From Candidatus Saccharicenans sp. (GTDB taxonomy: Bacteria > Acidobacteriota > Aminicenantia > Aminicenantales > Saccharicenantaceae): a stretch of 64,000 nucleotides of DNA. Where the stretch lies: positions 2,823-66,822 of the forward strand of contig JBNARJ010000012.1 in assembly GCA_049719515.1 (NCBI GenBank). The letters run 5' to 3'. The notes beneath the pieces were generated by a model, which saw nothing but the letters and a program-made list of their open reading frames with translations, made no database searches and was not told the DNA's origin. Shown here one piece after another: positions 1-10,024 of the stretch. Position numbers and translations under genes: made by a program. Each line of letters begins with the position of its first letter. Positions within the stretch are counted from its first letter, which is position 1.

Positions 1-262
1 GGCCCTCAACACGCCGATTCAGGGCTCGGCCGCGGACATCATCAAACTGGCCATGATCAACATCTACCGGGAAATAAAAAACCGAAGCCTGAAAACCAGG
101 ATGATTCTTCAGGTGCACGACGAGCTGGTGTTTGAGGTGCCTCTCGAAGAAAAAGAAATGGTAGGGGAGCTGGTAAAAGAAAAAATGGAAGGGGTCTGCC
201 CTCTTAAGGTTCCACTGAAAGCAAACCTCGGCTGGGGCACCAACTGGGCTGAGGTGAAATAA
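1..262 (+). CDS. polA: DNA polymerase I, C-terminal fragment (gene starts before the window)
   Basis: The frame is open from position 2 and reads ALNTPIQGSAADIIKLAMI...MILQVHDELVFE (family A polymerase motifs B-C). Confidence 0.97.
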   Translation, partial: ALNTPIQGSAADIIKLAMINIYREIKNRSLKTRMILQVHDELVFEVPLEEKEMVGELVKEKMEGVCPLKVPLKANLGWGTNWAEVK

Positions 263-613
263 AGATTTCTGATTTGCTTCTACCCAGGCTGCCCGCTGAA
301 CTCAGGCGCGCCCGGCGGGTCATCTGCTGTGCCGAAATTAATCAACAATCAAACCGGTCAGCCGACCTGGCAAAACAATAACTTCTTAACCGAATTTTTA
401 ATCTTCAGAATTGAGCTGGTGATTTTTAGGCCGGGTGGAAGACAGGGGAGACAAAACAACTCCAAATCTTTTGGAGGAAGGCAGGCGTTTTTTAAGAAGA
501 GCAAATTAGATTTATGAAAATATCAAAATTTTAATAACGCATAAATCAACCTGCCCGGCTGGCCGGGGTCGCTTTTTATTTTAAAATTACCACGCTGTTT
601 CAGAATTAAGCCT

Positions 614-1741
614 TTATACGAGGGATTTCTGATAAACCCGGTAAATCTTGTAGACCTGCCCTCCCATTCTTTCCATCTCGGCCCTAACCTTTACGTTGGA
701 TTCCATTTCATGGTGGGTGTCGATAATTTCAAAACCCGCTTGCTGGGCCGAGGCAATCATGGCCATGCCCATCAGGGCATCAAGCCCCTGGCCGCGATAT
801 TCTTTTTTTATCGCTCCAAGCAGAAGGTCCAGCTGTTTGGTTCTCTTGCTGGCTCTTAAAATATGAATGAAGCCAAAAGGAAAAAGCCGGCCGCGGGCTT
901 TCTGGATGCCGGCGGTCAGGTCCGGGATGCCGATGATGAAGGCCACCACCTGGCCGTCTTTGAGCACCGCTTTGACAAATCTCGGGTCAAGTACGGGCAG
1001 GTATTTTTTGGCCAGGGCGTCCATTTCATGTTCATCCAGGGGAGCATAACCATATATGTTGCTCTCCACGTAGGTTTCGTTCATCAAAGACAGAATGGGT
1101 CTCACCCAGGGCTTTATTTCTTTCCTCTTTTTGAATTCGAGCAGCTGGAAATTGCCTTTCTTGAGAATTCTTTCTGACACCCGACGGTAGAGCTCGGGGA
1201 TTTCTTTGGGTATTTCAATTTTGTAGACAAAATAATCAATGTCCTTCGTGTAGCCCTCTTTTTCTACCATCTCGGGCATCCATTCAAAGTTGTAATAAGT
1301 GGCGATGGTTGCCCGGTGCTCAAACCCCTTGATGAGAAATCCTTCCGGGTCCTGGTCAGAAAAGCCGTAGGGGCCGATAATCCTGGTCATGCCTTTCTCG
1401 CGAGCCCACTGCTCTACCCGGGCAAGAAGCGCGTGGACCACTTCCTGGTCCCTGATGCTTTCCAGAAAGCCAAACCGAGCCGTTTTCTCGTTCCGCACTT
1501 CATTGTAGCGGCGGTTGATGATGCCCATCACCCGGCCGACTATTTCGCCATCCTTTTCGGCCAGCAGCAAAATGGTGTCGGAGTATTCAAAAGCTTTGTT
1601 CTTCTTGGGGTCGAAGTAAGCCCATTCATCCATGTAAATCGGTGGCACCCAGTTCGGACGACCGCGGTGCAATTTTTCCGGCAGGTATATAAAAATCTTT
1701 AATTGTTTTCGGTCCTTAACTTCAATCAATTGAACACTCAT
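614..1741 (-). CDS. GNAT-fold N-acetyltransferase family protein (YghO-like)
   Basis: 375 aa with ARFGFLES, GPYGFS and YRGQGLDALM (acetyl-CoA binding-like) motifs. Strong RBS GAGGAGG. Confidence 0.7.
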   Translation of the reverse strand: MSVQLIEVKDRKQLKIFIYLPEKLHRGRPNWVPPIYMDEWAYFDPKKNKAFEYSDTILLLAEKDGEIVGRVMGIINRRYNEVRNEKTARFGFLESIRDQEVVHALLARVEQWAREKGMTRIIGPYGFSDQDPEGFLIKGFEHRATIATYYNFEWMPEMVEKEGYTKDIDYFVYKIEIPKEIPELYRRVSERILKKGNFQLLEFKKRKEIKPWVRPILSLMNETYVESNIYGYAPLDEHEMDALAKKYLPVLDPRFVKAVLKDGQVVAFIIGIPDLTAGIQKARGRLFPFGFIHILRASKRTKQLDLLLGAIKKEYRGQGLDALMGMAMIASAQQAGFEIIDTHHEMESNVKVRAEMERMGGQVYKIYRVYQKSLV

Positions 1742-1961
1742 GTGCCTCCTCTCTAATTTGTTATTTTTTTAGGATTTTATCAAAACCAGAGATAAAATAA
1801 AAATAAATATTTTTTGGGACCGGCGCGTTCTTCACCGTTCGCTCTTCTTCTCTTTATCAAAATAACCGGCCCTTCTCCCCAAGAAAATCAGGTTGTGGAA
1901 AAATTGTGCTTTGCCTGTGAAAAAGCCTGCGGATTCGTTGTTAATTTTTTATCATAAATTC

Positions 1962-1991
1962 TTGACAATTCCTTTTTTAATTTAATATACT
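1962..1991 (+). promoter_or_regulatory. Sigma70-type promoter of the hydrogenase operon (probably a leaderless transcript)
   Basis: TTGACA (1962-1967), 18-nt spacer, TATACT (1986-1991); ATG at 2000 has no Shine-Dalgarno. Confidence 0.6.
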
Positions 1992-1999
1992 CACTTCTC

Positions 2000-3430
2000 A
2001 TGAAAACCGAGGCTATAACTCTACTCACCATTTTTATTCCGATTTTGGGTTCGCTGCTGGTTCCTCTTGCCGGGTCAATCTCTCCCAAATTACGTTCCGC
2101 CTGGTCAGTTCTGTTAGGAGCCATAACCGCTTTCCTGCCGCTGACGCTTCTACCTCAGGCTTTTAAAGGCGGGGAGATTGTCTGGAGCAAGAGCCTGGCG
2201 CTGGGATTGGATTTCATCCTGATTATTGACCCCCTGTCGATCTTCATGTCGATTGTTTCCTCCTTCATCGGCTTCCTGATTATCATCTACTCGCTCGGCT
2301 ACATCCACCACGAAGAGCACCAGAACGAGTACTACCTGATGGTCATTCTGTTCATCGGCTCGATGATGGGGCTGGTTTTCTCCGGCAACCTGGTATTTAT
2401 GTACCTGTTCTGGGAAATTATCGCCATCGCCTGCTGGAGATTGATCGGCTTCTACCGTCAGAAAGAATACATCCTGCGTGCTGACAAAGCTTTCCTGCTG
2501 ACCTTCGGTGGTGCGGTTGTCATGCTGTTGGGTTTCATCCTCATCTACGGACAGACCGGAACGTTCAACCTGGTGGCCATGCGAGGCGTGGCTGTTCCCG
2601 GCACAGCCGTTCTTCTGATCCTCTTCGGCATGTTCTCCAAATCGGCCACCGTCCCCCTGCACACCTGGTTGCCTGATGCCGGTGTGGCCCCCACCACGGT
2701 GACTGCTTTACTACACGCGGCCGTGCTGGTAAAAATCGGGGTTTATGCTTATGCCAGGTTATTCCTTTACACCTTTAAAATACCAGAGTCCTGGCAGCAG
2801 GCCATCATCATCATGGCGGTTCTGTCCAGCCTTATCGCGGCGGGCGCGGCCACCGTGGAAAATGATTTTAAGCGTATCCTGGCTTACTCCACAATCAGCC
2901 AGATCGGATATATTTTCCTTGGTTTGAGCGTGGCCACCCCGGTAGGTATTACGGGCGGCCTGCTGTATATCCTTATGCACGGACTGGCTAAAGCCGGGCT
3001 TTTCCTGTGTGCTGGCATTGTGCTTCATGCGACACACAAGCGTGATATAAGAGAGATGGGCGGGCTGATTAAAACTATGCCCGTGACGGCCATCTCTTTT
3101 CTTATCTGCGCTTTTTCAGTCATTGGCCTTCCGCCTCTGGGAGGCTTCTTCTCCAAGCTTCTGGTCATCATGGGTACCGTTCAGGCCAATCAGGTCTGGG
3201 TGGCGGCCTTAGCTCTGTTTACCGCTGTTCTGACGATGTTCTACCTCATGCGCACTTTTGCCCTGGTCTTCCTGGGTGACCTGAAGATGGCCGCACCAGA
3301 AAAAACTTTATCCATGGTCAGTGTGGTAGCCATACTGGCTATCCTCTCGGTGCTGGCTGGCCTTTTTGTCTCCTACCCGATGAAACTCGTCCAGCTGGCA
3401 ACAACTCAAATTAGCTGGTGGCTAAAATGA
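2000..3430 (+). CDS. Membrane-bound hydrogenase antiporter-like subunit 1 (NuoL/MrpA/MrpD family, short form)
   Basis: 476 aa, polytopic. Motifs FWEII, PLHTWLPDAGVAPTTVTALLHAA, KRILAYSTISQIGY. Confidence 0.9.
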   Translation: MKTEAITLLTIFIPILGSLLVPLAGSISPKLRSAWSVLLGAITAFLPLTLLPQAFKGGEIVWSKSLALGLDFILIIDPLSIFMSIVSSFIGFLIIIYSLGYIHHEEHQNEYYLMVILFIGSMMGLVFSGNLVFMYLFWEIIAIACWRLIGFYRQKEYILRADKAFLLTFGGAVVMLLGFILIYGQTGTFNLVAMRGVAVPGTAVLLILFGMFSKSATVPLHTWLPDAGVAPTTVTALLHAAVLVKIGVYAYARLFLYTFKIPESWQQAIIIMAVLSSLIAAGAATVENDFKRILAYSTISQIGYIFLGLSVATPVGITGGLLYILMHGLAKAGLFLCAGIVLHATHKRDIREMGGLIKTMPVTAISFLICAFSVIGLPPLGGFFSKLLVIMGTVQANQVWVAALALFTAVLTMFYLMRTFALVFLGDLKMAAPEKTLSMVSVVAILAILSVLAGLFVSYPMKLVQLATTQISWWLK

Positions 3431-5295
3431 CGGCAACGACATTATTATGGACAATACTGTTTCCGGCGGCAGTGGCCATCATTCTGTTCTTAATCCCGGC
3501 CAAGGTAAAACTCGTTCGCGAAGTTCTGGGGGTGCTGGCCTCGGCTGTTTTGCTCTATCTCGGGTTCGCTCTGTTCTCTGTGAAAAACCTTTCTCTGAAG
3601 ACAGACTGGCTCGGGCTGGGCATAAACTTTGACCTGCGGTTGTACCAGTTCTCTGCTTTCATCCTGCTCGCGCTGGCCGGCTTTCTGTTCCTGATCGTCC
3701 TCTACTCCACGGTCAAGATGAAGGACCACCCGAGAGTTCGCGAATATTACCTTTATGTGTTTCTGGCTGCCGCCTTTTCTAACGGTGCGGTTCTGGCTAA
3801 TAATTTCATCTTACTGATTTTCTTCTGGGAAGCTCTGCTCATCACAACCTATGCGTTAGTGACCCTCGGGCTGAAGCCCACCTCACACCGGACGGCCGTT
3901 AAATCGCTGATTATCGGCGGGTTCTGTGATTTTTCCATGATCCTGGGCATCGGGTTGCTCTGGGCTTCTACTGGCACGCTGACCATGGACCAGATTCATG
4001 TCGAACCCCACGGGCTGGCCGCCGCGGCTTTTATTCTGATGATGATCGGCGCCATCGGCAAAGCCGGCGCCATGCCCTTCCACACCTGGATCCCCGATGC
4101 CGCCCTTGATGCACCCGTCAGCTTTATGGCTTTTATGCCCGCTTCCTTTGAAAAACTTCTGGGCATTTATTTGCTGGCCAGGATTGCCCTGGATTTCTTT
4201 GAGCTTAAAGTCGGCAGCGCCATGTCTTTGGTGCTGATGATTATCGGCGCGGCCACCATCGTGCTGGCCGTTTTCATGGCGCTTATTCAGAAAGATTTTA
4301 AGAAACTGCTTTCTTTCCACGCCATCAGCCAGGTGGGTTACATGATCCTGGGCATCGGCACCGCCATTCCCGTGGGAATTGCGGGCGGTGTTTTCCACAT
4401 GATAAACCACGCCATGTACAAATGCGGCCTCTTCCTGAGCGCCGGTTCAGTTGAACATCGCACCGGGACGACCGAACTCAAAAAGCTTGGCGGGCTGGCT
4501 CGCGAGATGCCCTGGACGGCTGCCGGTTTTACTGTTTGCGCCCTGGCCATTTCTGGCGTCTGGCCGCTTAACGGCTTTGTCTCCAAGGAAATGGTTTTTC
4601 ACGGTGCGCTGGAAACCGGACTGCCCATTTTTGCCGTGGCCGCCTGGGTGGGAGCCATTTTTACCTTTGCTTCCTTCCTTAAAGCTGGACATTCAGTATT
4701 TTTCGGCCCGCGCAGCACTGAGGTGGCCAAAACCAAAGAAAGTCCGGCTCCTATCGTGCTGCCCATCCTGATACTGGCAGCCCTGTGTATCACTTTCGGT
4801 GTGTACAACAGGCTCCCGCTGGAAAATTTCATCCAGCCCATTTTGGCCGGCCATGTAGAAGCCGGTGAACACGTGGATTTCACCGCTCATGCCCTGAGTC
4901 TTTTTAACCCGGTGGCCGGCATTTCCATGCTGTGCCTGCTGATTGCTCTCGGGATTCATTTCTTCGGCTGGAAACGCGGCGGGAAAAAAGCTTACCTGGC
5001 ATCCGAACCTATTCATCAGCTGCCTGGCCTGAAAAATCTTTATGACCTGTCCGAAGCAAGGTTCTTTGACCTCTACGAACAGGGCGTTAAATTCCTGCAG
5101 TGGCTGTCGGGCATTCTTTTCCGCTTTATCGACCGGCCGATTGATTTCCTGTACGAAAAAGTGGTTACGGCCATCGGTCGGACTTTTACCGGCCTGCTGC
5201 AGAAAGCGCACAACGGTCAGTATGCAAACTATCTGGCCTGGACTATCGGCGGCCTGGTGGTCGTCGTTTGGATAATACTTCAGTTATTAAAATAG
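3427..5295 (+). CDS. Membrane-bound hydrogenase antiporter-like subunit 2 (NuoL/MrpA-like, with C-terminal lateral helix)
   Basis: PFHTWIPDAA and KKLLSFHAISQVGY motifs; long C-terminal amphipathic segment plus a final TM helix. ATG 3427 overlaps the upstream TGA (ATGA). Confidence 0.9.
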   Translation: MTATTLLWTILFPAAVAIILFLIPAKVKLVREVLGVLASAVLLYLGFALFSVKNLSLKTDWLGLGINFDLRLYQFSAFILLALAGFLFLIVLYSTVKMKDHPRVREYYLYVFLAAAFSNGAVLANNFILLIFFWEALLITTYALVTLGLKPTSHRTAVKSLIIGGFCDFSMILGIGLLWASTGTLTMDQIHVEPHGLAAAAFILMMIGAIGKAGAMPFHTWIPDAALDAPVSFMAFMPASFEKLLGIYLLARIALDFFELKVGSAMSLVLMIIGAATIVLAVFMALIQKDFKKLLSFHAISQVGYMILGIGTAIPVGIAGGVFHMINHAMYKCGLFLSAGSVEHRTGTTELKKLGGLAREMPWTAAGFTVCALAISGVWPLNGFVSKEMVFHGALETGLPIFAVAAWVGAIFTFASFLKAGHSVFFGPRSTEVAKTKESPAPIVLPILILAALCITFGVYNRLPLENFIQPILAGHVEAGEHVDFTAHALSLFNPVAGISMLCLLIALGIHFFGWKRGGKKAYLASEPIHQLPGLKNLYDLSEARFFDLYEQGVKFLQWLSGILFRFIDRPIDFLYEKVVTAIGRTFTGLLQKAHNGQYANYLAWTIGGLVVVVWIILQLLK

Positions 5296-5305
5296 AGGAG
5301 GAGCG

Positions 5306-6784
5306 GTGGTTTTCTCATTCATTGTCATTCCTTTATTGGTAGCTGCTTTTCTGCCTCTCATCGGTAAGTTTTCGAAAAAACTAATTCCGGACGTGCTGAC
5401 CAACGCCGCTCTGGCATTCCTGCTTTTCAACGCGGTCATCCTGGTAAAGCCCATCTTCACGCAGGGAACCATTATCCGGAACGTCAACTGGTTCGGAGAA
5501 CAGGTCAACCTGACGGTGACCCTGGATGCTTTCAACCTGTTCATGCTGTTTACCATCTCGCTGGTCAGCTTGGGGGTAACGCTTTTCTCGGTAGATTATC
5601 TGGAGCATTACGGGCATAAAGCCAATTTCTATGCCCTTCTGATGGTGATGATCGCCGGTATGAACGGCCTCGTGCTGGTCCCCGACCTTTTCTCCATTTA
5701 CCTGTTCCTGGAAGTGGCTGCTGTAGCGTCTTATGCTCTGGTGGCTTTTGGCCTTGGTTATGACGAGCTGGAAGCTTCCTTCAAGTACCTGATGCTATCC
5801 GTGGTGGCTTCCGCCTTCGCCCTGCTGAGCATCACCATCATCTTCGGAATGACGGGCAGCCTGAGCTTTCAGGCCGTCGCCCAGGGGTTGCAGGACCTTC
5901 AGGCACGTTACGTGGTTGGGGTTTGCGTGGCTTTCTTCATCGCGGGGTTCGGGCTGAAAGCGGCCCTGGTTCCTTTCCACGCCTGGTTGCCCGATGCTCA
6001 CCCTTCGGCCCCTGCTCCGATTTCCGCCATGCTGTCCGGATTGCTGATTAAGGTTTCTGGCATCTATGCCCTGTTCAGGATAATTTACAGCGTGGTGGGT
6101 ATGACTCCGGTTCTGACTCAGGTCTTTCTGGCTCTGGGCACCATCTCGATGGTGGTGGCGGCCCTGCTCGCCCTCGGGCAGAAAGACCTCAAGCGGATGC
6201 TGGCCTATTCATCCATCAGTCAGGTGGGCTACATCGTGGTCGGGCTGGCCCTGGGCACTCCTCTCGGTTTACTGGGCGGTCTGTTCCATCTGTTTAACCA
6301 TGCGGTGGCCAAGGGTCTTCTGTTCTTGAATTCAGGCTCGGTTCAGCACATAACCGGCACGAGAAACCTGGAAGAACTCGGCGGGCTGGATAAAAGAGCG
6401 CCAGTCACGGCCACCACCAACCTGATAGGCGCCCTGTCGATTGCCGGCGTGCCACCGCTGGCCGGGTTCTGGAGCAAACTCATCATTATTATGGCTCTGA
6501 TTCAGGCGAAAGAATTTGGTTACGCCCTTATCGCCATCCTGGCCAGTATCCTGACCCTGTGGTATTACCTGCTCATCCAGCGCAAAGCCTTCTTCGGGCC
6601 ATTGAACGAGAATTTAAGACACGTTAAAGAGGCCCCGTTCTGGATGTCAGCCGCCTGCGTCATTCTCGCCCTGGTGGCTATTCTGATAGGTGTGTTCTTC
6701 ACGCCTTTCGTTAAAACCTGGATTTCTCCGGCCGCAGATGTGCTGGCCAAAGGAATTCAACATGTATTAACGTGGGGAATTTAA
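5306..6784 (+). CDS. Membrane-bound hydrogenase antiporter-like subunit 3 (MrpD/MbhH/NuoN-like)
   Basis: LFLEV, EASFKY, PFHAWLPDAHPSAPAPISAMLSG, KRMLAYSSISQVGY motifs. RBS GAGGAGG before GTG. Confidence 0.9.
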   Translation: MVFSFIVIPLLVAAFLPLIGKFSKKLIPDVLTNAALAFLLFNAVILVKPIFTQGTIIRNVNWFGEQVNLTVTLDAFNLFMLFTISLVSLGVTLFSVDYLEHYGHKANFYALLMVMIAGMNGLVLVPDLFSIYLFLEVAAVASYALVAFGLGYDELEASFKYLMLSVVASAFALLSITIIFGMTGSLSFQAVAQGLQDLQARYVVGVCVAFFIAGFGLKAALVPFHAWLPDAHPSAPAPISAMLSGLLIKVSGIYALFRIIYSVVGMTPVLTQVFLALGTISMVVAALLALGQKDLKRMLAYSSISQVGYIVVGLALGTPLGLLGGLFHLFNHAVAKGLLFLNSGSVQHITGTRNLEELGGLDKRAPVTATTNLIGALSIAGVPPLAGFWSKLIIIMALIQAKEFGYALIAILASILTLWYYLLIQRKAFFGPLNENLRHVKEAPFWMSAACVILALVAILIGVFFTPFVKTWISPAADVLAKGIQHVLTWGI

Positions 6785-6785
6785 G

Positions 6786-7280
6786 ATGACCATACAAATA
6801 TTACTGCTGTGTGGCTTGGTGGTCTTTTGCGGGCTGGCCATTCTGGTTCGCGACTTGATTAAAGCCGCTCTTTCCCTGGCGGTGGCCAGCTTGTTCCTCG
6901 GCCTTATCTTCTTTCGCCTGGGAGCGCCTTACGCTGGTGTTTTTGAAATCTCGGTGGTGGCCGGGCTGATTACCGTGCTTTTCGCCCTGACCATCGCCCT
7001 GACCAAGAAGGATGATGAAGTGCAGGAAAATCGTCTGGTGAAAACCATCTTCCCTGTCTTCTTCATCTTATTCCTGGTCATCGACGGGCTGGTCATGAAA
7101 TCACTTCTGAGTAAAGTGCCCGCGCTGCCCGCCTCACCAGAAGGAGGCACCTTCGGCCAGGTCCTCTGGAAGCAAAGAACTTTTGACCTGGTGGCGCAAA
7201 TCGGCGTTATCTTCGCCGGCGTCTTGGCCGTTCTGGCCTTGTTCCGGAAAACAGGGAAAGACGAGGACAAAGATGAGTAA
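6786..7280 (+). CDS. NuoJ-like membrane subunit of the hydrogenase complex
   Basis: 164 aa hydrophobic; LGAPYAGVFEISVVAGLITVLF and a C-terminal GQVLW..FDL helix resemble NuoJ. Confidence 0.8.
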   Translation: MTIQILLLCGLVVFCGLAILVRDLIKAALSLAVASLFLGLIFFRLGAPYAGVFEISVVAGLITVLFALTIALTKKDDEVQENRLVKTIFPVFFILFLVIDGLVMKSLLSKVPALPASPEGGTFGQVLWKQRTFDLVAQIGVIFAGVLAVLALFRKTGKDEDKDE

Positions 7281-7581
7281 CCTTTGGTTTCTTTATTTAT
7301 TCTTTTCGGCTTTATTAATTTTTATCGGCATCTACTGTCTGCTGACCATGCGCAATGTCATCCGGCTGTTTATCGCCGTGGAGATTATTAGCAAAGGCGT
7401 AAGCCTGGCCATTGTGGCCACCGGCGCGGTGAAAAACTCTGTGATCCTGGCCCAGAGCCTGGCAATTACCTACATCGTGGTGGAGGTTAGCCTGGTGGCT
7501 ACCGCCCTGGCCCTGATTATTAACATATACAAAAAGAATAAAAGCCTCGATGTACGTTTATTATCAAAATTGAAGGGATAA
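7273..7581 (+). CDS. NuoK/MrpC-like membrane subunit
   Basis: About 102 aa, 3 TM helices, two conserved Glu (AVEII, VVEVS), ends LSKLKG like NuoK. Start reassigned to ATG 7273. Confidence 0.85.
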   Translation: MSNLWFLYLFFSALLIFIGIYCLLTMRNVIRLFIAVEIISKGVSLAIVATGAVKNSVILAQSLAITYIVVEVSLVATALALIINIYKKNKSLDVRLLSKLKG

Positions 7582-7584
7582 GCC

Positions 7585-7917
7585 ATGAAAGCCATAGACT
7601 TTTTGCTTTCTCCTCCGATTGCTTTCTTCTTTTTCCTGCTGTTTGCTTATCTGCTTTACGCCCTTGGTAACAGTATGGCTCCCAAACTGAAGAAAACTCC
7701 GGGTAAACTCAGCACTTACGCCTGCGGTGAAGACCTGCCCGGGGTTAAGGTGCAGTTTGGTTTTCGCCTCTTTTATCTGTTTGCTCTGTTTTTCACCATC
7801 ATGCACGTGGCGGCTTTGGTAATAGCCACCGTGCCGGCTGGGAAAATAGTGTTTTTCGCAATAATATATCTGGCCATGATTTTTCTGTCCATCATGGCCC
7901 TGGTCTCGAGGAGCTAA
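7585..7917 (+). CDS. NuoA-like membrane subunit
   Basis: 110 aa, 3 TM helices, loop motif YACGE (NuoA YECG-like). Confidence 0.8.
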   Translation: MKAIDFLLSPPIAFFFFLLFAYLLYALGNSMAPKLKKTPGKLSTYACGEDLPGVKVQFGFRLFYLFALFFTIMHVAALVIATVPAGKIVFFAIIYLAMIFLSIMALVSRS

Positions 7918-7918
7918 C

Positions 7919-8344
7919 ATGCTGGCAAAACTAACCGAATGGTCAAGATTAAAATCACCCTGGATTCTCCATCTGAATACCGGTGCCTGCAACGCCTGTG
8001 ACATTGAGGTGGTGGCGGCCCTTACTCCTCGGTTTGATGTGGAAAGATTTGGCATTCTGCTCAAGGCGACGCCCCGGCATGCTGATGTCATTATTTGCAC
8101 CGGCCCGGCCACCCGCCAGATGAAGGACCGCTTAATCAGGATTTATGAGCAGACGCCCGACCCGAAGTTCGTTATCGCGGTCGGGGCCTGCGCCATGTCC
8201 GGCTGTGTTTACCGCGGCGCTTATAACGTGATCGGCGGCATTGACCAGGTGATTCCGGTAGATGTGTACGTTCCAGGCTGCCCGGTGCGGCCTGATGCGG
8301 TGATAGATGGAGTGGTAAAACTCCTGAACAAAATCAAGGGATGA
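7919..8344 (+). CDS. Group 4 [NiFe]-hydrogenase small subunit (NuoB/MbhJ-like)
   Basis: GACNACDIE (CxxC, hydrogenase-type rather than the complex I CC), TPRHADV, VGACA, VPGCPVRP. Confidence 0.95.
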   Translation: MLAKLTEWSRLKSPWILHLNTGACNACDIEVVAALTPRFDVERFGILLKATPRHADVIICTGPATRQMKDRLIRIYEQTPDPKFVIAVGACAMSGCVYRGAYNVIGGIDQVIPVDVYVPGCPVRPDAVIDGVVKLLNKIKG

Positions 8345-8351
8345 GGGAAAA

Positions 8352-8825
8352 ATGAACGACCAAATGCTGATAGATAAAATCACCGACAGATGGAAAGACC
8401 AGGTCGGGGAGATTACCAACCCGGCTCCACGTCGCCTGTTTGTCAGAGTAGAGGTGGCCAGGCTGCTGGACTTTATCGGCTGGCTCAACCAGGAAGAGGG
8501 TTTTACCCATCTGTCCACCATAAGCGGAGTCGACCTGGGCCAGAATTTCGAACTGCTCTACCATTTTGCCAATGATTTCACCTGTCTGACGGTTCGCACA
8601 GAGATTCCGCGGGATAATCCGGTTCTGCCCAGCATCTGCAGCATCATCCCTGGGGCCATCCTGTACGAGCGAGAACTGCAGGATATGTTTGGCATTAAGG
8701 TGGAAGGGCTGCCGGACCCCCGGCCGCTGCTTCTGCCCGACGACTGGCCGGCAGGAAATTACCCGCTGCGCAAGGACTGGAAGTACGAACGTCCGGCCGA
8801 AGTCATTCCGGGAGGTAAAAAATGA
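8352..8825 (+). CDS. NuoC/MbhK-like subunit
   Basis: HLSTISGVD, LYERELQDMFGI, LLLPDDWP, YPLRKD motifs. Confidence 0.92.
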   Translation: MNDQMLIDKITDRWKDQVGEITNPAPRRLFVRVEVARLLDFIGWLNQEEGFTHLSTISGVDLGQNFELLYHFANDFTCLTVRTEIPRDNPVLPSICSIIPGAILYERELQDMFGIKVEGLPDPRPLLLPDDWPAGNYPLRKDWKYERPAEVIPGGKK

Positions 8826-10024
8826 AGTTCCAGATACCCATAGGACCACAGCATCCTGCCTTAAAAGAACCCATCGGTCTGCGGGTGGTGGTCGAAGGCG
8901 AAATCATCAGGGATGCGGACCTGCGCCTGGGTTATAACCACCGGGGCCTTGAAAAACTGGCCGAGCAGAAGACCTGGATTCAGAACATCTACCTGACCGA
9001 ACGAATCTGCGGCATCTGCTCTCATTCCCATACAACCTGCTACGTCCAGGGCGTGGAAAAGTTGATGGAACTCGAAGTTCCCAAGAGGGGGCTTTACATC
9101 CGCACGCTGGTCTCTGAACTGGAAAGGGTTCACAGCCACCTGCTGTGGTTGGGCGTGGCCGGTCATGAAGCCGGCTTCGACAGCTTCTTCATGTACACCT
9201 GGCGGGACCGCGAAATAGTGATGGACATCCTGGAAACAATTTCCGGAAACCGCGTCCATTATGGCATCAACACCATCGGCGGAGTGCGTCGCGACCTGGA
9301 CGAGCTGCAGGTCAAAAAGATTCTTGATTCTCTGGACACTCTGAGAAAGCGGAGTGAATACTACCAGCACCTGGGCACGAACGAACCGAGTTTCGTGGCC
9401 AGGTTAGCGGGGGTCGGGTATCTCTCTAAGGAGGACGCCATTGCCCTGTGTGCCGTGGGTCCAACTCTGCGCGCTTCCGGCGTGCCGCGCGATGTCCGTA
9501 AAGACGACCCGTATGCCGTTTATGATGAGCTGCCGTTTGAGGTCTGCACAGCTGAAACATGCGACGTTCTCGGGCGGACGGTGGTCAGAATCAAGGAGCT
9601 CTTCCAGAGCTATAACATGATTGAATACCTGCTTAAGAACCTGCCCGCCGGGCCGATTGCCGTGAGAGCCCCCCGCCGAGCGAAGCCCAACGAAGTGGTC
9701 AGCCGTTATGAGGCGCCCCGCGGCGAAAACATCCATTACATAAAAAGTAACGGGACAGATAAACCTGAAAGATTGAAGGTTAGAGCGCCCACCCTGGGCA
9801 ATTACGCGGCTACCATCAAAATGCTCAAGAACGGCTTCATTGCTGATGTACCGCTGATTTTCGCCGCGATTGACCCCTGTATCTGCTGCGCCGAGCGCGC
9901 TGTTGCCCTGGTGGATGCCAGGACAGGTGAAGAAAAAGTGGTACCGATGACCGTCCTGAAACAACGCAGCCAGAAATTTTCTGGATTAAACGTAAGAAAG
10001 AGGGAAGTAGAATGGCCACTCTGA
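8822..10024 (+). CDS. Group 4 [NiFe]-hydrogenase large subunit (NuoD/MbhL-like)
   Basis: GPQHP, HRGLEK, L1 motif ERICGICSHSH, L2 motif DPCICCAER followed by a C-terminal extension of about 40 aa. Confidence 0.95.
   Translation: MKFQIPIGPQHPALKEPIGLRVVVEGEIIRDADLRLGYNHRGLEKLAEQKTWIQNIYLTERICGICSHSHTTCYVQGVEKLMELEVPKRGLYIRTLVSELERVHSHLLWLGVAGHEAGFDSFFMYTWRDREIVMDILETISGNRVHYGINTIGGVRRDLDELQVKKILDSLDTLRKRSEYYQHLGTNEPSFVARLAGVGYLSKEDAIALCAVGPTLRASGVPRDVRKDDPYAVYDELPFEVCTAETCDVLGRTVVRIKELFQSYNMIEYLLKNLPAGPIAVRAPRRAKPNEVVSRYEAPRGENIHYIKSNGTDKPERLKVRAPTLGNYAATIKMLKNGFIADVPLIFAAIDPCICCAERAVALVDARTGEEKVVPMTVLKQRSQKFSGLNVRKREVEWPL

Noticed and set aside
263-613. 350-bp gap between polA and the GNAT gene, with small hairpins and a 62-aa ORF (329..517)
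   Set aside because: The ORF has no SD and a non-protein-like composition. The hairpins are short and match no ncRNA family I can recognise.
1894-1902. Single TGTGGAAAA (relaxed DnaA box) upstream of the hydrogenase promoter
   Set aside because: An isolated 9-mer in an AT-rich region could easily be chance.
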